Under the pieces are notes generated by a model. That model made no database searches. It saw nothing but the letters and a program-made list of their open reading frames with translations, and was not told where the DNA came from. The translations under genes were made by a program, and so were the position numbers. DNA of 64,000 nucleotides. Source: Octopus vulgaris (Eukaryota). Where the stretch lies: the NCBI GenBank assembly GCA_951406725.2, contig OX597825.1, positions 48,298,001-48,362,000 of the forward strand. Reading direction: 5' to 3'. Below, in pieces: positions 13,278 to 28,549 of this stretch (position 1 is its first letter; each line of letters starts with the position of its first letter).

Positions 13278-15309
13278 TATCCTTTATCAATATTATCAGT
13301 AAATTTTCCAGTTAGCCTCTTAATTTCCCCTGTATTATATTATCTTGACTAGTTAGATCTAAATGTGCACAGCCATTAAGAAAATCTCTCGGTTACTGAG
13401 AGACTAGGTAGCCGATATGCTAGAAATAACAACCAATTCTTTCTTATACTCTACGGGTTTAAAAAAGAACATATTACAAAATGTAGCCCTTGATGCACTT
13501 TGAATAAAAAGCGAATAAAAAAAAGGGGGATGGCGCAGAACGGAGCACCGTAGAAAATAAGCCTGCTTGATCAAAGCTGGCCTGCAGCTAAACAAGAACA
13601 ACATCAACAATTACTACAGTGACAACTATATGATACACAGAATCAAATATACGGATAAACGTCACTGGGGATAATAATCAATAATCCAGTTAAAGACGAT
13701 ATTTCAACCATTTCACGGATTGATCATTTCAATATTGTATCCTTAGTTTTGTGAAGATAGATAAAACAAGATATAAACCATTTTGAAAGAAGATAACGAA
13801 ATAATAATTAGACAGTAAAATTTGATTTATTCTGATTTAAATATTTTCGGTTTGCATATCTACTAGATATAGTAGATAGTACTTTTAAATCATCGAATTT
13901 TGACTCTCATTTAGTCAGGCCTATATTTGTATTGTTAACAACTTAGACAAAATGTCATTTATTAATAGGTCCTTGTGCGTTACAGAAAAAAGAAATTGAG
14001 GTATTTAACTTAAGTATAAAAATAAGTCATTAAATTTTTTAACATAATTTAAATTATTTTTAGTATTTCTTAAATTCCTTTTGGCTATTAAAAAAATTGT
14101 ATAAGAAAAGGGAAGCCAATGTTTTTAGGTTTGAAAACGTAATTTGTGTTGCTAAAAACGGTGACTGCTGGAAGTTGTACGGTGCAATGATGCATTCTAA
14201 TTGATCTACGTCACTACTACAGATTTAGCCAAGGCCAAACAAAAGAATGTAGTGAGCAATAAGAAACAATCTACTGTTGATTGTTACATAAGACTGCAGT
14301 TTTACATGCAACGCTTCTCACTAATTCACCTCTTGATTCACTTTCTACTTAGCAGCCATCTTTAATAATTTCAAACCCGATATTTATTATCGTTTGGCTC
14401 TGTTGCATTTGCTGTTGTCTAATTCTGTCTAACCTTACTCTATCTGACCTGTCTGACTACGCTGACCTTTTACATGTTTCAATTTACTGACACTTGATCT
14501 TTTTCTATCTTTGATCTCACTGGAATGTTTTAATAAATATTGATTTCGACTTTCCATAGATTTAGCGGCATTTGTCTAAATTTATTGTGCAGTCGGCTAC
14601 CTGTCAAAACGAAGCAGTGGAATTTAAGGAAATTGGTGAAAGTCTTAATATTGGCATGGCATTGTATTCCTGACAAAGTAATGACAGCCTCAATCACTCA
14701 ATCCGATTATTACAGTCAGTCCTGGAATGACAAATAGGTGTCAAGAAGAGGTACATTCCATTGCTATATCTAGTAGAGCTAAATGTTTAAGTATAACTCC
14801 GTTGTGTATATAGGACTATATTATCCAATGTGTGTTCTTCATGTTTAGAAGCAGTGATGAATAATTTCAGGGAGATTTTGCTGTCATTTCGAGCTAATTG
14901 AATAACTACCTAGAAGTAATAGCGATAGCTCATTTGGGGGAGTCGAGGACTATAGTAAATTAATCATGTACTAATGGTATAAAATAAACATTTTTCTGAA
15001 TTCTAATGAGGTTTACTTCTGATCGGTATGGTGCTAAGATAATGAGAGCATTATTGTGATCCTGAAAAAGACGCTGTTCCGATGCAGGTAGTGTTTCTTA
15101 GCAACGAAACTAAACTCGGTATCGCAAGCACACGAAGATTGACCAAATTCCATGGTGTCGACACAGGAATCGCATGTACCATGTACCTATTTACAGTTAG
15201 GCAGACTGGGCCATTAGAAAGACTGAGTTATTGTTTGGCAACACACTCTAATTAGCACCACTGACAGGATATAGACCTACGACATCGGTTGGTCGTCTGT
15301 TGCCCAACT

Positions 15310-15475
15310 GAACTCTAGTCGGTTGGTACTCTACTGACCTATTACTCTTCGGGCATCCTGTTTCTGCACTGACCTCTGGCTGGCTGTTACTCCATGGACC
15401 TTATACACCTTTGGTTGCTCATTATCCTACTGACCTCTTGTCAACTGTTACTTCATTGATCTTATACAACTTTGC
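15310..15475. repeat. Degenerate ~60-bp tandem repeat (about 2.5 copies)
   Basis: ACTGACCTCT....CTGTTACT.CAT.GA.CTTATACA.CTTTG is repeated. Confidence 0.6.
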
Positions 15476-15669
15476 AATAAAACATTGCTGATTACAAATC
15501 AGTGACAAGAAAATATTCATATACTGGGTGTTTCCTAATGATGGGTACATATTTTGCTTATATATTATGCATTTGCCTTAATAAATGTGTTTGCTACTTG
15601 TGTTTAAAATGTGCCCCATCATTGTCAGACATCCTGTATTTCTGATGTGTTAAATATCACATAGTGATG

Positions 15670-16045
15670 AGATGTTGAACAGAAGTAGAGATTACTGTAG
15701 AAAGAAGTGACCAATGCGCGCAACGGAATTTGAGAATGAAGTTAAAGAAATTTGAGAATATAGTAAACGGAAATAGAGAGTAAAGAAGAGTCGAAAATAG
15801 TGTCAATGGAAGTGAAGAATGGTATGAACGGAAGTAATGATTAGAATACATGTAAGTGAAAATACAGAGAACAGAAAGGAATTTACGGTAAATGCAAGGG
15901 GATAATTCGATAAACGGAAGCGGAAAATGATTGAAACGGAATTGGAATATAGAAGCAAAAGGGAAGATGCAGTAAACGGAAGTAGATTTACGGTGAATGG
16001 ACCTGGCTAGTACTGTGAAATGGAATGGAGAATGGTGGAAACATT
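15670..16045. repeat. Decayed purine-rich minisatellite built on GT(G/A)AACGGAAGT.GA
   Basis: AACGGAA/AATGGAA/AACAGAA cores recur at roughly 20-40 bp spacing. Confidence 0.6.
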
Positions 16046-16987
16046 GCAAACTTTTATGTGAAAAGTAAGCTGGTTCTTCAAAGAATTAGCAACGCAGTCA
16101 CAGATTCTTACATCAATCAAGTGGAGTGTCTAATTTAAAGGGTAATTACTTTATTGACGTCATTACATAGTCACAACAGGCGGTGTGTAAGCAATATCAT
16201 AGAAGTAAACAGGTGTGTAGATCTAATACAGGCAGAGGTGCGTTCTTTGTAAATATCATTTACACGATAAAAGTTAGGTTGTAAAAATAAATACTGCACT
16301 AAAATGACATTCAAATATTAGATAGTAACAAAATAATTTACATGTTTAAATCATTGGATTGTAAGTGCAGGTATAAGGTCCAAAGAGGTTTTAAGGGTGT
16401 GTATGGTTTGCTATGGTTTATTGAAGGAGTGAATGAGAAGAGATAAACAATGATTTTCCCTGATAAAGTTGTCGGTCTATCACAGGTAACGTGATCTTTT
16501 GACTGAAGTTAGATAAAGCGAGGTAATAAAGTATACATTACCTTGCTTTATCTAACGTTAGAAATTCAACAAAAATAAACTTACATGAGCCTTAGTCTGA
16601 AGTTGTCACGTAAGACCAGATCTGAGGTTGCAGTTTCAGATCTAACTTATTGTTGTTTTGTTTTTAATTTTATCTCTAATCAATGCGATGTATAGAGCTG
16701 CTTTACAAATGGCTAGCCATATATTCATGTAACAGAAATAAATTTAGAACTATAAAACAAGGCTTACAATAGTGGACACATTTGTTAAATTCAGGTGAAT
16801 CCTGAGCCTGGGTCATATCGTTTGTCTATATTTTCTAGACGTATTGTTAATCAGTGTTCACTAAATGCATACAACGCCTGACTCAAGTTACTATAGACAC
16901 ATAAACTGGAGTATACCTTGGTTTTAGTAGGAACTGAGCACGCCTGGCCGGTGTATACAAACAAATCTTAGCCGGTGTTTATATATA

Positions 16988-17180
16988 TTCTTTCTTTCTT
17001 TACTTGTTTCAGTCATTTGACTGCGGCCATGCTGGAGTACCGCCTTTAGTCGAGCAAATCGACCCCAGGACTTATTCCTTGTAAGCCTAGTACATATCCT
17101 ATCGGTATCTTTTGCCGAATCGCTAAGTTACGGAGACGTAAACATACCAGCATCGGTTGTCAAGCAATGTTGGGGGAACA
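16988..17180 (-). mobile_element. 3' half of CORE-type SINE
   Basis: TTTTACTTGTTTCAGTCATTTGACTGCGGCCATGCTGGAGTACCGCCTT... matches the copy at 81-260. Confidence 0.85.
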
Positions 17181-17254
17181 TCCCTCCACACATATACATA
17201 CATACATGCATGCATACATACATACATACATACATACATACATACATACATACA

Positions 17255-17287
<33 letters not shown>

Positions 17288-17516
17288 GATTCAAATTAAA
17301 CTCAGTCCAGAAATGACTTCGATAAAAGCGTATTAATCAAATAATTATAATTAAATAATAATTACCAAAAAATAATAGATTTTCTGTTTAGGGAATATAT
17401 AAGATTTACGTGAAAATAGTCCATCCAAGATAACATTATATATAATTTTATATGAAATTATACACACACACGTTCATGCATGCAGATATAGACAGACAGG
17501 CGGACAGGCAGGCAGG

Positions 17517-17596
<80 letters not shown>

Positions 17597-18299
17597 GCAA
17601 GAGAGAAACAGTTTGAATAAATCGCAAATTTGCAAGAAATGTTAACTCAGCTTAATTGGTGAAGCTTTAGAAACAGGGAAGAAAAATTTGCAGATAATTC
17701 TAATTTAGTACAGATGTTTCGATTCGTTAATTAGGGAAGTAGTCCTAAAATATAAGCCACTTACATCCAGTTTCCTCAGTGTGACCAGGTCTCTCTCCTG
17801 TGTTAAGCTACACGTGTTATGATACATGACAATTAACTGGAAATACAACAACCACAAAAAGCAACACAGCAGGCCTCAGTGCATTCTCGAAAATTGCAAA
17901 TAATAAATATTAATGGTGACTACAGATATATATATTTGTGTATGTGTTTGTGTGTGCGCGCACACGGTGCGTTTACAAGCTAGTGTGAAGATAGTGTGTG
18001 TGATGGCTGGGGTATGTGAACGTGTGCCTGTGTGCATACATATGTATATATGTGTATGTGTATGCGTGTACGTGTCTAAGTATGCATGCGCAATAGATAA
18101 AGTACACTTAAGACGAACGTATCATTATTTTTGTCATAAATGTCTGAATGGAAGAAACGAAAGGAATTTGACTTGGGCCAAATGAGCTTTTGTGAAATAA
18201 TCTACATCTTCCTCTTAGTCTTCAAGCAGCCGTAAACCGAGATGCACTTCCATACGTACCTAGGTCAGTTTCATGTTTGTGTGTTTCTGTCAATGGCAA

Positions 18300-18780
18300 A
18301 GTTAGTTGAGTAGTCTTCGTCCTCTATAAGGATAATGAAGCCATCAAATACTGCATCTGATATGGTCTGCTTTTCAACACAATAGCACCGGTGAGCAAAG
18401 ATTACCATGTGTTGTGCAACAATAGTAGATATAAGTGGAACGTGACAGTGTGATTCTTTATATGAAGAAGACTAAGTATACGACCATCAATGAAGATGAA
18501 AGCCACCTGCCAATTTGCTACTTCAATGGCTCACGATTCAAAGATGTTATTGACTTCAAGCACCTTGTTTCTCTATGTTGCTGGCAGTAAGAACGACACC
18601 CTGACACACAAGCGTAAATCTAGAGTACTTGTAACAAGTTTCACAACATCACCTGGCATTCAAGTATTATACAGTCAGCAAAGTGCGTAGAAAGTATTCT
18701 TCTCTATGGTGTTAAAATCTGGTCTATAGAGAAAAATCTTAAAATTCACATTGGTCGTACATAGAACAGGCTTCATGCAA
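18300..18780 (+). mobile_element. RTE-like LINE RT remnant
   Basis: KKTKYTTIN...RFKDVIDFKHL (F.YLGS-like)...SKNDTLTHKRKS. Confidence 0.5.
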
Positions 18781-19740
18781 AGGTGGTTAACGTCTTTTGG
18801 CGAGAACACAAAGCAGAAGAGGAAATCTATGGGTACATTGTAGCCATCTGTTGTTAATAAAGTATTAATATATAGATAAGTCACGTGTCCCTTATTTGCT
18901 TGGCGATTTCTCTCTCTCTTCTTCCCCTCTCTCTTTCTTCCTCTCCCCCTCTCTCTCTGTCACACAGTAGGAATGTGTGATGGTAAAATTTATGACTGTG
19001 CTGAAAGAGGTGGATTAAATTGATAAATAGATTGGCGTGAAGTTAGGTAGAATAAGTGGGGAAGGAGTTGGGAAAGATAACCAGAAAGTGAGACGGTTAG
19101 TCAGGCGAATGGACAGTGAAATATAGAGGTGGGTGGAATAAGGAGCGAAGGAAGAAAAGACAGTACGAGTAAGAAAGGAGAGGTGGCAAGATGAAAGATG
19201 GAGCTTTACAATAGAAACGGAGAAAATTAGAAAAGTGACGGGACAAAATAACTTAGAACTACGGTCTCTGCTCATGTCACTCCTTACAAAGGGTTAAAAG
19301 GGGAACATTAATGGCACCAGCTCCGCCGGTATAAGGTGCAAAAGCGACGGGCACTACAAACCCTACAAGTAAAAATAAATTTTGTGAACACAAGCATTTG
19401 TTCTCGCCTATGTCAAAGGCTTTGAGAATTTAGGTTTCATTTTCAAATAGCAATTGCAGTTTCTAAGTTTCCTTTCATGTTTATAGATTCAAGGAAGTTT
19501 TTTCTAGTTGAAATCTACAATCTGAGTACATAACACAACACATATGATGAAACGGAGAAAATTCTCTGAATGTGCAACCTTGATGAATATGCTCTGTTTC
19601 AAAGTTATAGAATGGATATCCGTATATTTTGGGTTGCTCAAAGGTCGGAGTCAGGCAGTAATTTCCATTGAACTTAATCCTTTTCGGCAATTGTTTGGGA
19701 GTTCAGATTATATTAGGAACGAAAGACAAGATGTATATTA

Positions 19741-19781
<41 letters not shown>

Positions 19782-20181
19782 TCAAAACGGTCCTAGCGGT
19801 GGAGTGACAGAGACGGTAGCGAGTTACAGCTTAGAGCTGACTCACACCGGAATATTTCCTTAGAGCTACTTAGATAGAGATAATACTTGATCCGCTGGTT
19901 AGTTTCATCACTCTACCTTCTCTACGACACAACCATTTTGTCTCTTTCTCTGCTTTCCATAACTCGGTCACAAATTCTTTATCCACTCTTCTTTCGGTGT
20001 CACAACTATTTTCTTGATCTTATTACCGTGACAACTACTTTTTTGCTTCACCTCTATATAAGCTAATTTTACTCTATTCCTACCTAATTACAATAATCAT
20101 AGAAATGGAATTTATATATCGGTCACAACATTAGTAAACCATTTTTAGAATTATTGTTAAGAATGTGGCAACACACACACA

Positions 20182-20485
<304 letters not shown>

Positions 20486-20486
20486 G

Positions 20487-20588
<102 letters not shown>

Positions 20589-21589
20589 ACGTTTTGTTTA
20601 TTTGAAATATTTGTGTTACATGACCTTTGACCAAGTTCGAGAATAGAAGAGTTGATCTAGGTCAGTTGAGAGAAAAACAACACTCAAATGAATATATTTC
20701 TATGTTTATTTATCACAGAAGAGATAATGGTTACTTCACTGGAAAGTTGAAATTCTTGTACAATAATTCCTCTCACCTCAGTATTTGAACCATATAAAAA
20801 CAACACACACTCACATACAAACACATGCTGATAAATACACACACACACACAATTCATACTTAAAGTATGACTTGAGAAAGTTACTTAACACTCTATACGC
20901 ATTATCTAGTGCAGGACTCAATACTTGTGATAGAGTATATTAGCATGTATATGCGTATGTATCTGTGCGAGTGCGTGCACGCCCACGTTATAAGTATGAA
21001 AAGCTAACAGTTTACTTTTCCGACTATGAGATTGATAATTGTTTAGAATCTGTTCATCTAACAAACGTGGATAGTTCAAATGCAAACGAAACTGAGTAGA
21101 CTATTAGCATTTAAGTTAGTAAACATATCTACCCACTCTATCAGCGTATTGAAATCTACATCAGATAATATTTGCATGATGTGAAATATATTTAATATAC
21201 TGTACACCTCTTGCATTACGTCCCCGCTACCACAGTTATTTAAAGCTTGGGTATACACCTGGTAGTAGCCGATTAAAGCATTTTCACTGCTTCTGTTGCG
21301 ATAAATACAGAATCTCATGAATTTTATATTGTTTCTCTCCTTTGTTAGATATATATATATATATATATATATATGTGTACAATTGCGGCGCGGAAGGTCT
21401 TTATAAGCCATTTAAAAACACACGAAAACCGTTAGATTCACTTCAACGATCTCAGATCAGGTCACCTGCATATGATCTCAAATTAAGTCACTATGGAAGT
21501 ACATCTCCGTAATATATATATATATATATATATATATAAAGATGTGAATATTTTTCTCTTGTTTACAATTAACACGGAAAAATAGATAA

Positions 21590-21840
21590 ATAGTTACCAG
21601 GGTAGCAAAAAATCACACAAGTAAAGAGGGCGTAACACCTTGTTTTTAAAGGTAGATACTCCGGGTTTACGTGAAATATTTTGTATAATATATATGAATA
21701 AACAAATGGAGTTAAACGCAGGTGTTATTAAAATTCTTTTACTTCCGACTCATGTATCGAAGTTATCATTGGTATTATTCCAAAAGAATATGTCGGAAGT
21801 AAAAGAATTTGAATAACACCTGCGATTAACTCCATTTATA
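21590..21840 (-). mobile_element. PLE pseudo-LTR-like repeat with a 46-bp terminal fold-back
   Basis: Homologous to 23380-23545 (GGGTAGCAAA, GGTAGA.ACTCCGGGTT, ATGGAGT, AAAATTC.TTTACT..CGAC). Inverted arms lie at 21704-21749 and 21792-21837. Confidence 0.5.
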
Positions 21841-21846
21841 TATATA

Positions 21847-21957
21847 CAGTAATTCCTCGCCATAACGCGGTTCACCTATCGCGGTTATTTAAGCTTATGT
21901 CTATTCCTCTGTGGTACTGTTTAGCATTTATAAAATAATAATAATAATAATAATAAC

Positions 21958-22040
<83 letters not shown>

Positions 22041-22149
22041 TAATAATAATAATAATAAATATACACGAGAGTATTGTTTCTACTTCGCGGATTTTCACCT
22101 ACCGCGGGGTGTTCTGGAACGTGACAACCGCAAAAGTCGAGGGTTACTG
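21847..22149. mobile_element. pogo/Tigger-like MITE with an internal (AAT)n expansion
   Basis: Ends read TA|CAGTAATTCCTCG ... CGAGGGTTACTG|TA. A subterminal CGCGG..TTCACCTA.CGCGG motif is present twice. Confidence 0.75.
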
Positions 22150-22430
22150 TATATCCCTTGCCATATATCCCTTGCCATACAACGGCTTGTCTCCGTTGTC
22201 AGTCGTCACATGGATAAGAGTTGTTTTGAATATAATTTCTACCAATACTTGTGTGATAGCACCCTACGTCACTTTAGTGACGACTATACTTGTTGCGAAT
22301 AATTTACTCACGCACACACACACACACACATACACACACAAATGTATATATATATGTATATATATACATACACTCACACGCACATACACACACATATATA
22401 TGTATGTATGTGTGTGTGTATATATATATA

Positions 22431-23148
22431 TGGTGTGCTTGCTCCTCCGCTCAAGTCATAGACACAAGCAACGATTTCTTTACCGAATCGTTACTGGCGA
22501 CGAAAAATGGTGCCTTTACATGAATATGAAGCAGCGCAAGGAATGGCTTAGCCCCGGTAAACAAGCGACACCGCGCGTGAAACAAGATCTTCATCCGCGT
22601 AAAACGATGTTGTGCGTATGGTGGGACTGGGAAGGGATTATCCATTACGAATTGCTTGAACGGAACCAAACGGTCAACGCGGAACTCTATGTTCATCAGA
22701 TGGAACGACTCAACACGGCTATTTAAGAGAAAAGACCTAATCGTCTGTCAGCATGGAGTTCTTCTGCTGCACGTAAAGGACCGCCCTCATATTGCCAATA
22801 TGACCAAGAAAGCCATTCAAACGCATGGCTGGGAAGTGCTGCCACACACGCCGTACTCTCCTGATTTGGCACCAACGGATTTCCTCCTCTTTCGATCTCT
22901 TTCAATTGCTATGTGCGGAGTTTCGTTCAATACTGATGCAGAATTGAGAGCTTGGTTGGATCAATTTTTCGAGTCGAAATCGGGTGATTTCTACTAACGA
23001 GGTATTGAAAACCTTGTTGAATGTTGGGAAGAAGTTGTAAACAACAATGGTGAATACATTATTGATTAATTAGTTATTATTTTTTTATTAAACGTTTAAA
23101 AAGAATTAAATAAAAAAAAAAACGGCGGGAACATAGTTACCAACCTAA
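22431..23148 (+). mobile_element. 5'-truncated mariner element (catalytic domain plus right TIR)
   Basis: RIVTGDEKW, KTMLCVWWD, LLHVKDRPH and PYSPDLAPTDFLLF. The right end is ...GTTACCAACCTAA|TA (TTAGGTTGG-type TIR). Stops and frameshifts are present. Confidence 0.92.
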
Positions 23149-23525
23149 TATATATATATATATAAATTTAAGTCACAATATATGTTTATTTTGCATTTTG
23201 CATTAATGCAGGTATGTAAATAATTTATTTATTCTCAAATATAATATAAATTATTTACATGTTTTAAGTTGCGAAACAATTTGTCGTGACTTTATGTGAA
23301 TTATATATATATATATATTTAAGTAGGTGAATGAATTATCCTATGTTTATCGTCAGCATAGAAAATTCGTTTAACCGAAACCTGGGTAGCAAATTCCCGT
23401 CAGAAAACACGGTTGAAGCGACCTGTCAAGGGTAGAAACTCCGGGTTCATGTGTAGAAATTTGTGTGTTGTATATGAATAAATGAAAGAATGGAGTCGAA
23501 CGAAGATGTTAACAAAATTCCTTTA

Positions 23526-23607
23526 CTCTCGACACATGTTTCGAAGACAGCATATTTTCATTCCGAAGGAATAAAGGGTGCATTATGCAATCTTCTTATC
23601 AGGGAAG
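23526..23607 (-). ncRNA. Degenerate type I hammerhead ribozyme motif
   Basis: Minus strand: cttcc CTGATAA gaaga...tcttc GAAAC ATGT GTC gagag. The core has a G8->A change. Confidence 0.6.
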
Positions 23608-24799
23608 AAAAGGAGCCTCTCTCAACAACAAGACAAACAAAAATTTCGATGATTGCCTACATGGTAACCAAAGCGATAATGAGTGTTTTTAAAAAAAAAT
23701 CCGTTATAAGCATTGACGTCAAAAATGGATAGTAGGAGGAAGTAAAAATAGGTAGGGGACAGTATGTTTGCTGTATGTATGGAAATGTGTGGGTGTGTGC
23801 TTGTGTTAATGAGTGCGTGTGTTTGTGTGTGTGTGTGTGTATGTGTGTGTGTATATAACTGCATTTGTGCCTGTGTGTGTGATTGTGTGTGAGAGAGAGA
23901 CAGACGATAAATGTATTCTCGTCTCCACTAGTATGTTTGCGTATAGCTTAACAAAGGTATAAACGTGAATTTGCAAGTTGATTTAATTTCTGCCAACACT
24001 GACCTCAAGTATGTAATTGCAGCCAATAAATCGGACTCCTTTTATTGAGCCTAGTCGCAGTTCATTTATTTTCGTTCAGCGGCTGGCGGTGCCCTGTATC
24101 AAAAAATGTCATTTGTAGCAGACGTTCTCTCGACATCGTTGACACGCGCTTGACTCGGGCTCAGAATTTACAGCCCGAGTTGTTATCTATAATAGTGAAA
24201 ATTAAAAGTAATTCAAATTCAATGTTTTCTTGAAACAATAAATTTCTATAGAGATTAGGATTTAAATTCCAATCTATGAAAAGTTTCCGTATTCTGAAAA
24301 AAGGAAAAATTATCCAGAAACATGGGCTAATACGAACGAGCCTGGTAGGTGTAAAAGACTAACTAGCATCTCTTGTCAAGAGTACAGGCGACAGTCAGAT
24401 CGCTGATGTTTGTTATGCACTCCACTGTGGTTATTTGGTTGCTGTTGTTCTGAGCGTCTGTGTGTAAAGATCAATTGTGTTTGCAGGGTTGTTTTATTTT
24501 TACCCTTAACTTAGAAATGGAGAAAGATTTAGTACTAGATGTAAAAAAATAAGCTTTTTTTAAAAACCGTTAGAAGATATAACGTCAAAGGTAGCCTATA
24601 GAAAGAGAAGGGGTAAAGGAAAGAAATAAGCAGAAAACTAATAAAGGAGAAATATAGAGCGATATGTAAATTAAAATAAAATCTTAAAGGCTTGGAAATA
24701 GATACATCTATTTCCAAGCCTTCAATTCTTATTTGTATGACTCTCATTCCCCTAAATAAGTTTTTGAAAGGCAAAAAATCATGGAAACAGAGTACACGA

Positions 24800-26330
24800 C
24801 AGACTAATTAATCAAATTAATCACATTCTTTAGAGGTACGAACTAAAGCCTTTTGCAAATGGTGATCAATAACTGGGCCGGCTTTCAAATATAATAAAAC
24901 AGTTCAGTGATGGTATAAAAATGGAGTTCGACCTTGGTAAACGTGCTGAAGCCACATCTCTCAAAGGAAAACCCGTGGAAAAAAAGTCTACCTTAATCTA
25001 GAAATAAGTTCCTGAAAAAAAATTACATATATTTCAGAGTGTGTGAAAGGAATGGTACCCAGAACTCACAAATGCCAGAAAAATGCTAACCAAAAAAGCG
25101 AACATTAATATGAAATATGGGATTGATGCCATTAGTATCCTGGCTACACTTGATGAAATCTCCAACTTTAATATAAAATGGCCCTTTAATAAAATCAATA
25201 AAATTGAGAGAAAAATACGCAAGTCCCTCACAATGCGCTGCATGCACCACACATAAGCAGATGTAGATAGACTATACATCCCACGAAAGAATGAAGTGTG
25301 TGGAATGATGCAGCTACAATTGTTCCTTAAGACAGGAACCATAGGATCAGACACTTATTTCAGAACACAAATGACTGGGTGCTTGAAGTTGTTTGCAAAT
25401 ATGAAAGCACCGAGAAACTATACTGAATATCAGAAGCAGTATATAAATCTAAAGGAATTAAAGATCATCCAGATTGAGGTGTATTCAGATGAAACAGAAG
25501 AACTCATTGTGAAAGCAAAACAAACTAAAGCACGAGTCAAATCAAATGGAATCTTAGAGCTGTGTAATAGTTGGAAAAGTAAGACATTACTTGGTAATGG
25601 CACTATAAGGGCCGGTGATCTTGATGTTGGTATAAATATGATGTATCCTTGATTGTCAGTATCTGAACTTAAATCAGAAACAGAGTACTTCATTAAAGTA
25701 GCCCAGTATCAGTGTCTGCCCGCCAGAAACTACCAAACAAGCATTCTTTAAAACAGTACTGGTCCGGCTTACTGCTTTTGTTGTACAACCGGAGAAACGA
25801 TTGACCACCACGTCTCTGACTGTTCTATGTTAGCCTCGTCTGAGCATACTAATCACTATGATAGGTTTGGTCAGTATTTCCTTTGGATCATATGCCATCA
25901 GTTTGGACACTATATCAGAAGAACTAGCGGGAATATAAGACTGCCAAAGTAGTAGAAAATTAAGACATCACTGTTCTTTGGGACTTTAGAATTCAAACTG
26001 TTCAAGTTATTCAGGTCAGTAGATCAGATATCGTGGTTAAAATATCATATTGACTAAATATGTGTGATCATAGATATCTCAATCCCAGCAGACTGCAACA
26101 CTTCTGTGAAGACATTTGAAAAGTTAAGTACAAAGATCTGAGATGGCGGACTCAAAAATGTGACATCTAAGAACAATTGTGCCTCTGTAGCGTTAGAGAT
26201 AATACCAAATGATACTCTTAAACATTATGAACAATTACTAGGAAAATCAAAAGTATCAAAACTACAAAAGATTTTATTTTCCTAGGTGTTGTCCACATCC
26301 CAAAAAGGAAAAACGCTACCAGTCTGAGAA
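24800..26330 (+). mobile_element. R4/Dong-like RLE-type non-LTR retrotransposon remnant (RT C-terminus, CCHC, REL endonuclease)
   Basis: IKQFSDGIKMEFDLGKRAEAT, ADVDRLYIPRKNE, C.C..TGETIDHHVSDC, LWDFRIQT..VIQVSRSDIVV and IIDISIPADCN. Confidence 0.85.
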
Positions 26331-26541
26331 TATCTACATGTTTTAAACTCTTTCACTATCGCAAATATTACAGCAAGGGACATTAAACAAGGACATCTTA
26401 ATTCTCAGCATTGAGTCTCCTTTTTCTGAAATATATTGTTGCTCATAAATAACGTACAGAGAAGAAGACCAACTTGCTGTTATATGAGATCTCTGGGCGG
26501 GATTTGGAACAGCTCGTATAAAACAAAGCAACAGCGAAAAC

Positions 26542-26581
<40 letters not shown>

Positions 26582-28454
26582 CCCCTTCCTTCCGTTCGAC
26601 ATTAATTATCAAGTTGTTCAATCAACTGAATAATCTAGACCTGAAATAACGTGTAGGCACTTGAGCATTCGATAAGTGTGTATCCTTAACGAAATTTTGA
26701 AGCAGAATCCGCAAGATGTAGTATGCGAAATCTTGTATCTTTTTGAATTATTCGCACAATCCACCCAAGGAACATCTAAACAGGTTGTGTCTATGTAAAT
26801 TCACTCTCACGGTTATGGGTCAATTCGAGGCCACGAAAGATGACATTTAACCAAGATAACCTCGATCGAACCTGCGGTCTCGTGATTATGAAGCGAATTT
26901 CAGAACCATTGCGTCATACTGTACACACACACACACACACATACACATACACACGCACGCACGCGCACACTCAGACACATAGACGCGCGTGCCAATAAGG
27001 ATGTGTGTGCGCGTGTGTGAGCGTATATGTAGATACATGTGTGTGAGTGATTATCTAAGTTTGGTAATAAACTCAACACGTAAAGCAGAATATAAACATA
27101 TTTATCTGTTAGCTGTAAAGCTTAATAAGTGATTCGAGGGCTCAGATTTCGTACGTGACATATATCAAATTTGATAAGTACTGTTGCACGAAAGTCTAGG
27201 TCCCCGAGTCAATTATGTAGCTTTATAGCTGATAAATGAGTAACATATGAATGTGTGTGTGTATTTAATGACTGAAAGGCATGGAAAGAGAAGGAGAAAG
27301 AGAGAGAGAAGGAGAAAGAGAGAAATCTGTGTGCGTGTCTGTGTGGGTGGAAGACAAGAATGTTGTGAGTCATTACATAGACACGGGAGTACGGTACTCA
27401 TTAGAGGTTGCTATATATAATTCAGAACAATTAATTTTATCAACATCAAACATATCAGCTCACTCATCATTCTCTTACTAAACATTACAGCCAATCACAT
27501 TTTTAACAGGATTCTTCTGGAATATACCCACACCCCAATACACACTTCGATTAATTAAAACAGAATATTAGCCTCATTAATCACATAGTACAGCTAATCT
27601 CAACCTTCAGAAGATCCACGGTCACATGTCCGATATACATATATACATACAAATACACACACACATATAGACGTATACATACATACATACATACATACAT
27701 ACATACATACTTGCACTCACACATGTATATATACGTGTGCGTGTATATATATATATATAATATATATGTATTGTATATAATACATACAAGTGTGAGTATA
27801 ACATATACTATATATAATTATATGTGTTTACATACATATACATTCAAATGATATACATATGTATTTACACAGACACACAGACATACATACACCCACCCAC
27901 ATATATCAGCAAATTATGTTTATATATCAATAAACATATATATATCCTCTCTCTCTCCCAGTATATGTGTGTGTGTCGATAAATATATATATATATGTGT
28001 GTGTGTGTGTATGTGTGTGTGTGTATCTGTTATTTGTGTTATTGTGGTTATGCATCTGTATATTATGTACACACCCACCTAAGTTGAGATAGTGTTTGAA
28101 ACAATTTTCAAATTCACATGCGTTGAATCCTGAATGTTTGTAAAGGTCACCGTTGCTGTACTTTGAGTTTTGTATAGCAATAGAGCTTGCCAAGTGTTGT
28201 AAAATCACGTGTGAAGGTTAACTCAATTATTTAGGTGTCTTTCATGTTTTCACAATGAACTATTTACCTCAAGCCATCGCACTTTGTCCTTGGCTGACTT
28301 CCACTGCAGGCGTTAAGAAATATAACATTTATTTAAAGCATGACTATACTGTATTACTGGAATTTTGTGAGCTTATCCGATAACATTCACTGCTTGTCTA
28401 CAACGAAAGATATATATATATATATATATATATAAGATATATATATGTATATAT

Positions 28455-28549
<95 letters not shown>

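Noticed and set aside
17705-17785. Minus-strand CTGAGGA...GAAACATCTGTA
   Set aside because: Neither stem I nor stem II pairs.
22431-22997. SETMAR-like host gene
   Set aside because: No SET domain, stops and frameshifts, and a TIR is present, so it is a plain mariner remnant.
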